Of a stretch of DNA of 64,000 bases, positions 29,891 to 38,950 are shown piece after piece. The notes below the pieces were generated by a model. It was not told the DNA's origin, did not search any database, and saw only the letters and a list, made by a program, of their open reading frames with translations. Position 1 is the first letter of the stretch; each line of letters begins with the position of its first letter. The translations under genes and the position numbers were made by a program. The DNA is taken from IMG/VR virus record IMGVR_UViG_3300042356_002208. The stretch is one strand, 5' to 3'. Source of the stretch: an uncultured virus (IMG/VR IMGVR_UViG_3300042356_002208) (taxonomy: Duplodnaviria > Heunggongvirae > Uroviricota > Caudoviricetes).

Positions 29891-30151
29891 CTATTCCATT
29901 TCTAATTTGGCATCTTCAATCGGATACCCTTTGTAATCTTTGAACATCGACATATCATTCCCTAACCACGATTCTGCCATTTGCCATGCACCTCTCTCTG
30001 AGTGGGCAAATCCCAAAGCATACTCAGAATCCTTGCTCTCCTGGATGATGTAGAATTTCACACCTTTCCCAACAAACCCAACATCAAATTTGGTTTTGTA
30101 TTCTACAGCTATTGCAGTGGGATATCTTTCTAGAACTTTTTTATTAGTCAT
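29891..30151 (-). CDS. Hypothetical protein
   Basis: Probable start MTNKKV. Confidence 0.6.
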   Translation of the reverse strand: MTNKKVLERYPTAIAVEYKTKFDVGFVGKGVKFYIIQESKDSEYALGFAHSERGAWQMAESWLGNDMSMFKDYKGYPIEDAKLEME

Positions 30152-30161
30152 GACCTTGAAT

Positions 30162-30473
30162 TTAAATAGAAACAATCTTTATGTTTTTAATCTTGGATAC
30201 TGGAATCGCTTTAGGACTGAGCAAGCTCTTGCCCACACCGAAGATGAGTTCCATGATAGGAGAGTGATCTGTGCCCTCGATCAGGCTGCGTGGATTCACC
30301 TCGGCCTCGATGATTGCCATCTTATCATGTCCCATTGCTTTCAATCTGAATCCTATCCATCTCTGTGCAGACTCCTCGGAATCTGTTAGGTAAACACCTT
30401 CCCAAACTTTCAGGAGTCCTTTCTCTCTGATAGACTCAACATTGGATACTGCTGTTGCGTGATAAACTCTCAT
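30162..30473 (-). CDS. ADP-ribosyltransferase/Tpt1-fold-like small protein
   Basis: YHAT...NVESIREKGL..VYLT..IP...I. Confidence 0.55.
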   Translation of the reverse strand: MRVYHATAVSNVESIREKGLLKVWEGVYLTDSEESAQRWIGFRLKAMGHDKMAIIEAEVNPRSLIEGTDHSPIMELIFGVGKSLLSPKAIPVSKIKNIKIVSI

Positions 30474-30793
30474 GGGATCAGATCTTTTAGAAATTCAATA
30501 TCCATTTCATCCAAGTTCCCAATGGTTTTCTGAGTTGTTGTTCGGTTGGTGAAAGGCATACCGTCGATCTCTATATGAATGATTCTTTCAATATTGAGCA
30601 AAGCTCCTGTAAGGCTTTCGAATCCCATACCTCGGTCTAATCCTCCTGTCTTTAGTTCTTTCTCTGCTTGCTCAAGTACAATCTCTTCTGATTCTCCTGA
30701 GATGGTGATGGTAGGGTAGGCACCTAGGCCTCCTCCCCATAAGTTGCCTAGTACGTATCCCTGGGCAACGAATAATTTTTTTTCATTTTCCAT
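30470..30793 (-). CDS. Hypothetical early protein
   Basis: Early promoter upstream. Confidence 0.7.
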   Translation of the reverse strand: MENEKKLFVAQGYVLGNLWGGGLGAYPTITISGESEEIVLEQAEKELKTGGLDRGMGFESLTGALLNIERIIHIEIDGMPFTNRTTTQKTIGNLDEMDIEFLKDLIP

Positions 30794-30871
30794 TTGTTCT
30801 GTTTTAATTGGTTATGAAGTAAAAATAACACAAAAAGCCCGGGATAAAAAATTAACCCGGGCTTTTTTTAA

Positions 30872-31063
30872 TTAACCTAAAGAATAAAATGTGATCGCTT
30901 CAACATCACCATATCGATCTCTGTTAACAATTATTCGGTGATTCTTGAATATCCCCACTTCATCAACATAGTCCATGAATGACATGCGATCATCTGGATG
31001 GGCATTTGCCTGCCATTTTTTCCATTCTTCTCTTAGCTCTTTTTCTAACTCTAGATTTGTCAT
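30872..31063 (-). CDS. Small hypothetical early protein
   Basis: Early promoter upstream. Confidence 0.65.
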   Translation of the reverse strand: MTNLELEKELREEWKKWQANAHPDDRMSFMDYVDEVGIFKNHRIIVNRDRYGDVEAITFYSLG

Positions 31064-31262
31064 ATTTATTATTTTAATTGGTTAGATATAAAAATAAGAA
31101 ATAGGGTTAGGAAAAAAAATAAAATCGAAAACTTTTTCCTGGATTCGATCTGGATTCGTCCACCGTCGGCGACGGTGTTTCAAGGGAGATTGATCGGAAA
31201 CCGAGCACAACAAAAAAGGGACAGACCTAAGTCCATCCCTTGTTATCTAGTCATGTTAATGT

Positions 31263-31697
31263 TTATTCTTCATCATCTTCTTCCTCTTCCCACTCCTCTT
31301 CTTCCCACTCATCTTCCTCCTCTTCTTCATCATCACCGTAGAAGTATCCTTGAGCTTCGCATGATTCTGGATTAGGTAAGTTGTTGTATTGTGTAACAAC
31401 ATCATCCTCCAAACATTCAACGAGCTTTGGATAAATCACACCTGGAGTATTGTCCCCGCTTGGATTATTCTTAAATGTTAGATCTATCCCCGCATCACGA
31501 TCAGATTCCAATCCATTTAACTCTGCAAGAAGTTCGTGAAAATCCTTACCTCCAAACTCTCCGTACCCTTCATAATTCTCCTCGGTAAATACTCTTCCAT
31601 CGGGAGTAATCATGTGGACCGGGAATGTTGGTCGAGTTGAGTAAGCGTTTGCGATACTCTCTCCGGTATCGCATGTGTTCCAGCTGAAGAAGCCCAT
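31263..31697 (-). CDS. Hypothetical early protein with very acidic tail
   Basis: Start reassigned to MGFFSW; ends DDEEEEEDEWEEEEWEEEEDDEE. Confidence 0.75.
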   Translation of the reverse strand: MGFFSWNTCDTGESIANAYSTRPTFPVHMITPDGRVFTEENYEGYGEFGGKDFHELLAELNGLESDRDAGIDLTFKNNPSGDNTPGVIYPKLVECLEDDVVTQYNNLPNPESCEAQGYFYGDDEEEEEDEWEEEEWEEEEDDEE

Positions 31698-31883
31698 ATC
31701 TTTTTGTTTTAATTGGTTATGAGATAAAAGTAAGAATCTAGTTTGGGATAAAAAAATAATCCCAAATATTTTTCTCCGGCCAACTCTTCCACGGTGTTTG
31801 GGTGGAGACATTAGCATCCGCCTGTTAACAACAAAAAAGTCCGAGCAAATGCCCGGACTCCGTTATAACCAATCCAACCTAAC

Positions 31884-32312
31884 CTATTCCAATTCCATCT
31901 CTTCTATTTCTTTAAGAACATCTTCCAAATCCCGAATTTCCTCTTCGCAATACTTAACTTTCCAAACTCCTTCTTTTGTAAGTAGGTATCCCCACTCTTG
32001 AATATCTCCTCCAAAGAAATGGTCTGCGTTTAGATGGTAGTCGAAGTCAACATCCTTTTCACCCCGGTCTCTTCTATAAGCTACAACCACACCTTTTGCA
32101 GGTGAATCGAATGTGTGTGGCTTATCCGTGCTCACCTCGGGAGCTAAGCTACTGATAGCTCCAAGCTCAATTAGCTTAGTTAGCTTTTCTGGATCTGAGT
32201 AATGCTCAAAGAGGATTTTACCGTTGCGTTCTGGATATCCATCCCAGTGGCAGTAAATAGATCTTACCTTTCCTGCCGGAGTTTCAATTGCGATTCTGCT
32301 TCTTGTTGCCAT
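31884..32312 (-). CDS. Phage early protein (MATRSRI..IYCHWDGYP family)
   Basis: Recognisable recurrent phage motif; own promoter and terminator. Confidence 0.75.
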   Translation of the reverse strand: MATRSRIAIETPAGKVRSIYCHWDGYPERNGKILFEHYSDPEKLTKLIELGAISSLAPEVSTDKPHTFDSPAKGVVVAYRRDRGEKDVDFDYHLNADHFFGGDIQEWGYLLTKEGVWKVKYCEEEIRDLEDVLKEIEEMELE

Positions 32313-32599
32313 GTTCTTTTTTTAATTGGTTATCTTAAATATAAGGATTTGGTTTCAGGAAAAAAAATTAAATCGAGAATTTATACGTGCGAGGCCCGCG
32401 TCCAAGAGTATGTTACGATCATACTATCTTTGGGCCTTCTTAGAATCTTCTAGAAGCTTTACGTAATACTTTATTCTCTCCTCGGGTAAATCCTCACACA
32501 TTTGTTTTTGCTTCTCTGGTTTACCCTTTGGGTATACCTTACGAAAAAGAGCTAAGAGGGTTTCTCTTAGCTCTTTATTATCTTGTCTTTCTATAGGCA

Positions 32600-33694
32600 T
32601 TAGAAAGGACTCTTCACGATGTTCATCATGTCGAAATCTTTGGTTAAGATACGTGATGCTTCTACCTGAAGTCTACGACGATCATAGTCCGATATCGTAA
32701 ATCCATTATCGTGAGTTGCAAAGTGAGTAATTCCGTTAACCAAATCCCACACCGTCGTTCCTGTACGGGATGACTTCTTTTGGTTGGTGTTAAGGAATAC
32801 CGCATCGATACCAGCTTTATAAAAAGCTTCCATTGTGCTATGGTAAGGAACCCAAGCTTCCAACTCTCTGTGGATACCGTCGGATAAAGAACGAATTGCT
32901 GAGTGCGCTGTCTCTAACTCGTTGAGTGATGCTCTGGTGTGCATTGCCAGACGGATGCGGTTTTCATATCCCTTAGGTCTAAATCCAACCATTGCCAACT
33001 CATTAAGACTGCTGTAGAACTTTTCGAAGCTGAGTGGATCTGAAGGATTTAAAGCGAGTGTTTCGTCGAAGCCAGTACCTATCATACCGTTGGCGCATAC
33101 CAGTCGGTGAAGGAAGCTTGATACTCTAAATCCGCCGTCTGGACTATTGATAAAGGTTGCACCTCCAAAATGATCCTCGTCCTTTAGACCTTCAAAGCCC
33201 CAGACGTTCTTAGGAGACACCGTATTAATAACGACTGATCCATTTTCTCCGATTGAGAAATCCTTTACGTCCAAATTGTAACGGTCTATAATCTCCGTGG
33301 TTGTCTTAAGAAAAGAAGAGTTGCTGATAAGGTCACGTGGATCTTTCTGAACTGAAATGATTTGACGTGTATCCGGGTTTACCACGAGTGATACGTGTGT
33401 TGAACCATTAGCCTGCTTCGCTGTCTTCAGACGATTAACTAAAGCCTGACGAGCTTTATCCCCAAATGCGGAGGAGAAGGTTTTGTCAAAGCCAACCGGA
33501 AGACCGACTATTTTACATATGGACTTAAAAGCGTCCCTGTTCATTTTGATCTTAACACCATCGACCAGCATCTGGTCGTCTTTTAGTATTTCGATGTTTT
33601 TTAAAGGAACCTCCTTTCTGATTGGGTTCTTTGCTACAGCTTCCGCTGCTTTCGCGTCAAATAATGACTGCGAGATTGTTTCTAATTTTTTCAT
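32600..33694 (-). CDS. DUF932-like protein
   Basis: FINS.DG..RLVCANGM..TVWDLVNGITHFATH. Confidence 0.6.
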   Translation of the reverse strand: MKKLETISQSLFDAKAAEAVAKNPIRKEVPLKNIEILKDDQMLVDGVKIKMNRDAFKSICKIVGLPVGFDKTFSSAFGDKARQALVNRLKTAKQANGSTHVSLVVNPDTRQIISVQKDPRDLISNSSFLKTTTEIIDRYNLDVKDFSIGENGSVVINTVSPKNVWGFEGLKDEDHFGGATFINSPDGGFRVSSFLHRLVCANGMIGTGFDETLALNPSDPLSFEKFYSSLNELAMVGFRPKGYENRIRLAMHTRASLNELETAHSAIRSLSDGIHRELEAWVPYHSTMEAFYKAGIDAVFLNTNQKKSSRTGTTVWDLVNGITHFATHDNGFTISDYDRRRLQVEASRILTKDFDMMNIVKSPF

Positions 33695-33759
33695 TTGCGT
33701 TTGTTTTGATTACCAGCTAAAATAACAACTAGTCCCGAGGAAAAAAAATAAAGTGGGGA

Positions 33760-34770
33760 TTAAATATCCCCACCGATCTCATTATCTTCTCCTAAGCCCA
33801 TTCCGAATAATGCGTCGAAAGAGCCTTCTTCGTTCTCCAATTGAGCTCTTTCCGAAGCTAGAGTTTCACGAGCATTTTCGTCATTGCTAAATCTCTTAAC
33901 GTCATAGTGAACATCACCAGTTGTTGATAGAGAGTAGAACATGCGCTTGCCAACCGAACCTCTACGGTTCTTAGCAAAGACCATGTAAGGGGAATTGCTG
34001 TCGGCACATAGGCGGAGCTCCATCATACCTGTGGTATTGTGCTTAAGCTTGTTGCTGCCAACAAACACACCGCCTTTGGTAACCTGTTGGATAGCGATGA
34101 ATGTTGTGTTCTTACGGGAAAGGTTGTTGCCTAGGTTGTGTGAGACCATAGCGTCGATTAACCATTTCTCTGCTCCTGAAGTTGTAAGCCTTAGCGACTC
34201 TTTGATATCCTCTTGGACCTCAGCAAAGGAGTCGATTAGGACAACGTCATAACCCGGCTCCAAACTTTTCTCGATTACAGTTTTTGGATTTGAGTCACAA
34301 TATTCGCCGATGAAGAGAATATCAACCTCACCGAACTTAGGGAAACGTTTAACGTATCCATATAGATCAATGCGGGTCATCTCAGCGGAGATAAACAAGA
34401 CCTTGTATCCTGCAAGGGCAAGGTCGGATAGAATGTCCAAGCTAACTGTGGACTTACCAACTCCAGGATCTCCAATCAGCATGAAGTTACATGCTTTAGG
34501 TATACCACCTTCGTTGGTGAATAGGAAGTCAACCGCTTTACCGGTTTTCATCGGAATGAAGAGATCATCCGGAAATTCCTGGTTGCTCATTCGTACGAGC
34601 TCGAGCGGCTTCTCTATATAGTCCGGAGCCGGAGCTGACGGGGAACCAACTGGTGGTAGTCCCATTTCCTCTCTTTTCTTTTGAGCAGCAAGTCTTACTG
34701 CTTCTGCGATTTTAGCCTTAGCCTCATCGCTCATGGGCTTGCGTAGCCCCTGTGCTTCTTTGTGTGCCAT
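33760..34770 (-). CDS. RadA/Sms-like RecA-superfamily ATPase lacking the Lon-like domain
   Basis: GDPGVGKST, LFISAEM, VLIDS, QVTKGG..GS..LKH, KNRRG. Confidence 0.8.
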   Translation of the reverse strand: MAHKEAQGLRKPMSDEAKAKIAEAVRLAAQKKREEMGLPPVGSPSAPAPDYIEKPLELVRMSNQEFPDDLFIPMKTGKAVDFLFTNEGGIPKACNFMLIGDPGVGKSTVSLDILSDLALAGYKVLFISAEMTRIDLYGYVKRFPKFGEVDILFIGEYCDSNPKTVIEKSLEPGYDVVLIDSFAEVQEDIKESLRLTTSGAEKWLIDAMVSHNLGNNLSRKNTTFIAIQQVTKGGVFVGSNKLKHNTTGMMELRLCADSNSPYMVFAKNRRGSVGKRMFYSLSTTGDVHYDVKRFSNDENARETLASERAQLENEEGSFDALFGMGLGEDNEIGGDI

Positions 34771-34874
34771 ATGGTGTTTGTTTTGGTTTACTTAGCTAAA
34801 ATAACAACTTAGCCCCGGATAAAAAAATAATTCGGGATAATTTTAGGATATATACGGTATAAATTATTGTATCG

Positions 34875-35564
34875 ATGAACAGCAGCATTATTAAATCTTT
34901 TACACAATTTCTTAACGAGAATAGCATTATACAAGCTGCTATGAAACAAGCTGAAGAAGAAGCTAGAAAGGCTGAATTAGCTGCACAGACAGCATCACCA
35001 ACTACAGCTGAGCCTTCACCAACGGTGTCAACCTCTTCCGCAGCAACAACATCGGAATTTTCAACGTCACGTAATGATGAGATGTCATGTAAAGACCACG
35101 ATTGCTGGACTTGGTTCGGTAAAGAGAAATTCTGGAATGGAGTAAATAAGATTAATAACAAGACTGTACCTAAGATTCTCATAGATAAAAAGCCAAACTA
35201 CTTTAATATAACATACGAGGGGCCAGGCTCAGGATTTTTGCTTAAACATAAATTCGGAGGTAAAGGTGATACGATACATCAGCTTCTTAATGTACTAACT
35301 CTTGAACTAAATGCCTATCTTGAAACGATATACGCAAAACCTTTGTTAAGTGCTATTAAGATGGAATTAAAAGGTAATAAGCTTAGCGTTTATGTTCCGC
35401 TTGAAAAAACTCCTAATGTGCATTACGAGATACACCGTCGTGGTGGTCTTGGCCACGGTGGAGACTTCTCAGATCTTGTTAAATACAAGACAAAAAGAGG
35501 ATATGAAGAGGCACTTCATAAATCAGGCAACCTGACAGAAAAATTTGTAACCTTCATAAAATAA
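34875..35564 (+). CDS. Hypothetical protein with N-terminal tag
   Basis: IIKSFTQFLNE, Thr/Ser-rich linker; GATATATA upstream. Confidence 0.75.
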   Translation: MNSSIIKSFTQFLNENSIIQAAMKQAEEEARKAELAAQTASPTTAEPSPTVSTSSAATTSEFSTSRNDEMSCKDHDCWTWFGKEKFWNGVNKINNKTVPKILIDKKPNYFNITYEGPGSGFLLKHKFGGKGDTIHQLLNVLTLELNAYLETIYAKPLLSAIKMELKGNKLSVYVPLEKTPNVHYEIHRRGGLGHGGDFSDLVKYKTKRGYEEALHKSGNLTEKFVTFIK

Positions 35565-35572
35565 AATAGGAT

Positions 35573-36421
35573 ATGACCCATAGAGTAAAATCTTACGATG
35601 AATTCGTCAACGAAACAGCAGGAGCTGGTTTAATAGCAGCAGCTTTAGCTTCCGCTGAAAAAGAGGCTCAGGCAGTTATAGACAGGGAAAAGGCAGAGGC
35701 ACAGGCAGCTGATGCAGCTAATACTCAAATTAATCAATCGGTGTCCGGAGGATCTAATGATCCAAATTATAAACCAACGGTATTTAATCCGGTATCCGGA
35801 AACGATGACTTTGCTTTATACATGCAGCATCAACAAGGTCTTGCAGGGGCAACGGGTATAATCAAAGCTCTTAATGGAACTGGTGAGATGCACCCAGAAA
35901 CGATTAAGACTAAGAGCGGTGTTAAATATGCTAATCTAGTAGGTAACATACCTTCCGATAGACCTCAAGTTAAAACAGATCTAATTAAGGCATTAGACAA
36001 CGGTGATCAGAAGACTGCTGCTGGACTTTTCCTTAACATGTGGAAAGAGAAATGGTTCGATAAACAGAATCAGGCTCTTAAAGCAATCAATCAACCTAAG
36101 AACGCTGCAGTTAAAGATGCTATTACCAAATTCGGTGCTAAGTATAATGTACCATTCGATTTCGCAGTAACTGTAGCTATGATTGAATCTGGTTTAAACC
36201 CTTTAGCAGGAGGAGGAACATATAAAGGTCTATTTGCTATGAGGCCCGAAAGTAATTACGGTGGAGTAGTTAAACCTATGGGAGCAAACTGGAAAGATCC
36301 TTATGTTAATGCAGAAGCTGGTATTGCTCTTCTAGCTGATAACATTAAAGAATTCAAAAAAACATTAGGTGGCGATTGGGCTTCTCTTAATGTAGGGTCT
36401 TGGACTAACAATCTTGCATAA
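35573..36421 (+). CDS. Lytic transglycosylase (SLT)-like protein with N-terminal tag
   Basis: VAMIESGLNP.A..YKGLFAM..DPYVNAEAG. Confidence 0.7.
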   Translation: MTHRVKSYDEFVNETAGAGLIAAALASAEKEAQAVIDREKAEAQAADAANTQINQSVSGGSNDPNYKPTVFNPVSGNDDFALYMQHQQGLAGATGIIKALNGTGEMHPETIKTKSGVKYANLVGNIPSDRPQVKTDLIKALDNGDQKTAAGLFLNMWKEKWFDKQNQALKAINQPKNAAVKDAITKFGAKYNVPFDFAVTVAMIESGLNPLAGGGTYKGLFAMRPESNYGGVVKPMGANWKDPYVNAEAGIALLADNIKEFKKTLGGDWASLNVGSWTNNLA

Positions 36422-36424
36422 AAC

Positions 36425-36545
36425 GAAACTGGACCCTTGCGGATCCAGTCTCTAACCAATTAAAACACCGTGATTGCAGAACAAAGCAGAGAATCACAGT
36501 TTCTCTTAGAGCTTTTATACTCTAATACCTTAATGGCTGATTGTT
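36425..36545 (-). ncRNA. Candidate ORF-less early small RNA carrying antisense of the early leader
   Basis: Early promoter (TATATTTG) at about 36545-36583, no ATG, TTTTAATTGGTTA motif, terminal hairpin 36428-36449. Confidence 0.4.
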
Positions 36546-36631
36546 ATGATACAAATATATCTATGTTTATCGTGTTAAAAAAATAAAAGCAATGTTTTTT
36601 TAGATATATAGAATAATTAAATAATCTAGAG

Positions 36632-37465
36632 ATGGTAGAGAAAAGAATAAAGAACTTTTGCGATTTTGTAAACGAGGCTCAGTTCTCTTTAAAAAACCCA
36701 GGTGGTGATGGAGACAAGTTTGCAAAGATTCTTTCAATAAACAGAAATGTTAAAGAAGAACCAAAAGGTTCTAACAGAGGTCAAATGGTTTCAGCTTATC
36801 TTGCATCTACTGGATTAGGAGCAGGCTATCCTTGGTGTATGGCTTTTGTCTACTACGTGTTTAACGAATTAAGTAAACAATTAGGTCAAACGAATCCTCT
36901 CCCAAAAACCGCGGGAGTTATGAATCACTGGACTAAAGCACCAGCAGATGCAAAGATTACTATAGACCAAGCAAGGAAGGATCCTAACCTAGTAAGACCT
37001 GGACAGATATTTATTATGAGTAGACCTGGTAAAGGTTTGGGTCATACTGGTATAGTCCTAGGTGTTGATCCGCAGAAAAGAACATTTACTACAATAGAAG
37101 GTAACACTAACGACCAGCAATCAGGAGAAGGAGATAGAGTTGGTGTTAATGTTAGAAAATTGGATTCGAAAACTCTATATGGATTTATTGATTACTTCAG
37201 AACTACTAGAACTAAAGAATTTGAAAACGATCTAATTAAAGGTGCTAAAGCAGTAAGTGGTTCTTTAGGTCCAATACCTACAACTCCTCTTCCTGATTCA
37301 ACATCAATGCCTTCTAGTTCTGTTGTTGGTTCTCAATTTGATTCAGCAATTAAAGGAAAAACATTAGCACAATCTATCTTTGGTGGTTTATCTAAAGTAC
37401 TACACAATAAGGAACTAGATCTTTCACCGTCGGAGATTCAAGGGGTTCTTACTCAGTTGAAATAA
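36632..37465 (+). CDS. CHAP-domain amidase/peptidase with N-terminal tag
   Basis: YPWCMAFV..GHTGIV..TIEGNT. Confidence 0.85.
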   Translation: MVEKRIKNFCDFVNEAQFSLKNPGGDGDKFAKILSINRNVKEEPKGSNRGQMVSAYLASTGLGAGYPWCMAFVYYVFNELSKQLGQTNPLPKTAGVMNHWTKAPADAKITIDQARKDPNLVRPGQIFIMSRPGKGLGHTGIVLGVDPQKRTFTTIEGNTNDQQSGEGDRVGVNVRKLDSKTLYGFIDYFRTTRTKEFENDLIKGAKAVSGSLGPIPTTPLPDSTSMPSSSVVGSQFDSAIKGKTLAQSIFGGLSKVLHNKELDLSPSEIQGVLTQLK

Positions 37466-37598
37466 CCCGCGGTGTTTCCCCGCAGCTCTTAGCAATAATA
37501 AATCCACGCAAATAGAAAAAGGTCCAGATAAACTGGACCTTTCCCATAATCAAAACAAACAAACAATCCTCTTATGGCGGGAAGAGGCACCCGGTTTC

Positions 37599-37874
37599 TT
37601 AGTTTTGATTGGCTGTATCTTCTTCTAAGGCTTCTTTTATTTGAGGAAACTCCTCGTTGATTTCTTCTTGTGTGTAGCCAAATCTTTCCTTTAGCATATT
37701 ACTTAAAGCAACTGGACCTGATTTAAACTCTATATCAGGATATGATGAGGTTTCTAAGTTTTCGTTTATTATTTTGTGTTCTATTGAATACTCGTCACAA
37801 TACTCAAAGAATAACTTATCTTGGTTTTGGTTATCTCCGATTACGGTTTCTTTTATTATGGTGATTAACTTCAT
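37599..37874 (-). CDS. Hypothetical protein
   Basis: ORF track. Confidence 0.65.
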   Translation of the reverse strand: MKLITIIKETVIGDNQNQDKLFFEYCDEYSIEHKIINENLETSSYPDIEFKSGPVALSNMLKERFGYTQEEINEEFPQIKEALEEDTANQN

Positions 37875-38173
37875 TTAGTGTAGATTGTATAAATTATGCT
37901 ATCACCAACCTCGTAAGTTTTTCTTGATTCAAAAGAACTTCCATTCTCTAGTTTTATGTCGAATGATGGATTCATTTCCTCGTGGATATTATTAGGGGTT
38001 GTTCTCTCACATGATATCACCGTGTGTTTTTCGTAAACTACTCCAAGAGTATCTCCACCTAAAACAACAAATTCCTTATCACCTTCTTTAATGATCTTTT
38101 CCTCCTTTATCTGACATGAAGCCAATCCAAGAAGAATAGAAGACAAAGCTAATATGTAAACTATGTTTTTCAT
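37871..38173 (-). CDS. Putative lipoprotein
   Basis: Signal peptide with LASC lipobox. Confidence 0.65.
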   Translation of the reverse strand: MKNIVYILALSSILLGLASCQIKEEKIIKEGDKEFVVLGGDTLGVVYEKHTVISCERTTPNNIHEEMNPSFDIKLENGSSFESRKTYEVGDSIIYTIYTK

Positions 38174-38382
38174 TTCAATTGTATTTGTTTTAGTTTCTTT
38201 GCAACATCGATAGTGAAATTCATCTCCAAATCCGTCACCACCTCAACACTAAATAAGTGTTTCCATTTTTTAATAAATAAGCGGAAGTATCGGATAGCAG
38301 CATCCACGTGCTCCTTACTGTTGCAAGAAGCTAGAACCTTTTGAGTTCTAAGTAGATCGTTGATATGACTTTGATTCTTCAT
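38170..38382 (-). CDS. Hypothetical protein
   Basis: ORF track; promoter upstream. Confidence 0.65.
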   Translation of the reverse strand: MKNQSHINDLLRTQKVLASCNSKEHVDAAIRYFRLFIKKWKHLFSVEVVTDLEMNFTIDVAKKLKQIQLK

Positions 38383-38419
38383 TGGTATAAAATTAGATTA
38401 AATCTCCGAGACAAAAAAA

Positions 38420-38950
38420 TTAACAGAAGATTAGTACTCCCTCTTCAGCAGCTAATCCATATGCCTCTTTGAAGTTACGATAAACGTCGAGATAATATTC
38501 TCCCTCGTCATCATCCTCGAATCTATCAGCGAGGAATTCCTGAAATAACTCTTCTCCCTCTTCGAAGTCTTTGTAAAGTTTTTCAGAATCAGTCGGACCA
38601 TAAACACCGTCGCAGTCACTAGCATTTATCATTTCGACGAAACGAGCACCTTCCCAGCTCATCTCATCTTCCCAGATAACACTAGGATCAACCCCATGGA
38701 AGCATCTCGATAAGAGATTTCGAAAATAATTGTAAGTAGAGTATGAACCCGCTCGGAAATGCGTTTCCTTAGTCTCCTCTGTTCGATGCCATTTGCCAAC
38801 CTTCATGTCCATACATCGGAGTCTTTCGGATGCTTCCCCAATCTCCATAACTTCTTCACCAAGAGGAGTGAAGAGAGATTGCATAACCTCTTCTACCCTT
38901 TCATCTCTTTGTGGCTCTAATTTGCTGTAAGCTACGATATCTAATCCCAT
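38420..38950 (-). CDS. Acidic hypothetical early protein
   Basis: MGLDI..GSYSTYN..SDCDG; promoter upstream. Confidence 0.7.
   Translation of the reverse strand: MGLDIVAYSKLEPQRDERVEEVMQSLFTPLGEEVMEIGEASERLRCMDMKVGKWHRTEETKETHFRAGSYSTYNYFRNLLSRCFHGVDPSVIWEDEMSWEGARFVEMINASDCDGVYGPTDSEKLYKDFEEGEELFQEFLADRFEDDDEGEYYLDVYRNFKEAYGLAAEEGVLIFC

Larger units (their letters stand above)
18500..31177. repeat. Dispersed 17-bp palindrome CACCGTTGGCGACGGTG family
   Basis: Copies at 18500, 19488, 21206, 22939, 23693, 24249, 26508 (inverted), 31161; shortened at 28794 and 29383; all intergenic. Confidence 0.9.

Noticed and set aside
18500..31177. Palindromic repeats as a CRISPR array
   Set aside because: Only 17 bp, irregularly spaced hundreds to thousands of bp apart with whole genes between; no cas genes seen
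34796..35182. 128-aa minus-strand ORF and other antisense ORFs (e.g. 33995-34621, 42761-43099, 58328-58657)
   Set aside because: Overlap better-supported genes on the opposite strand
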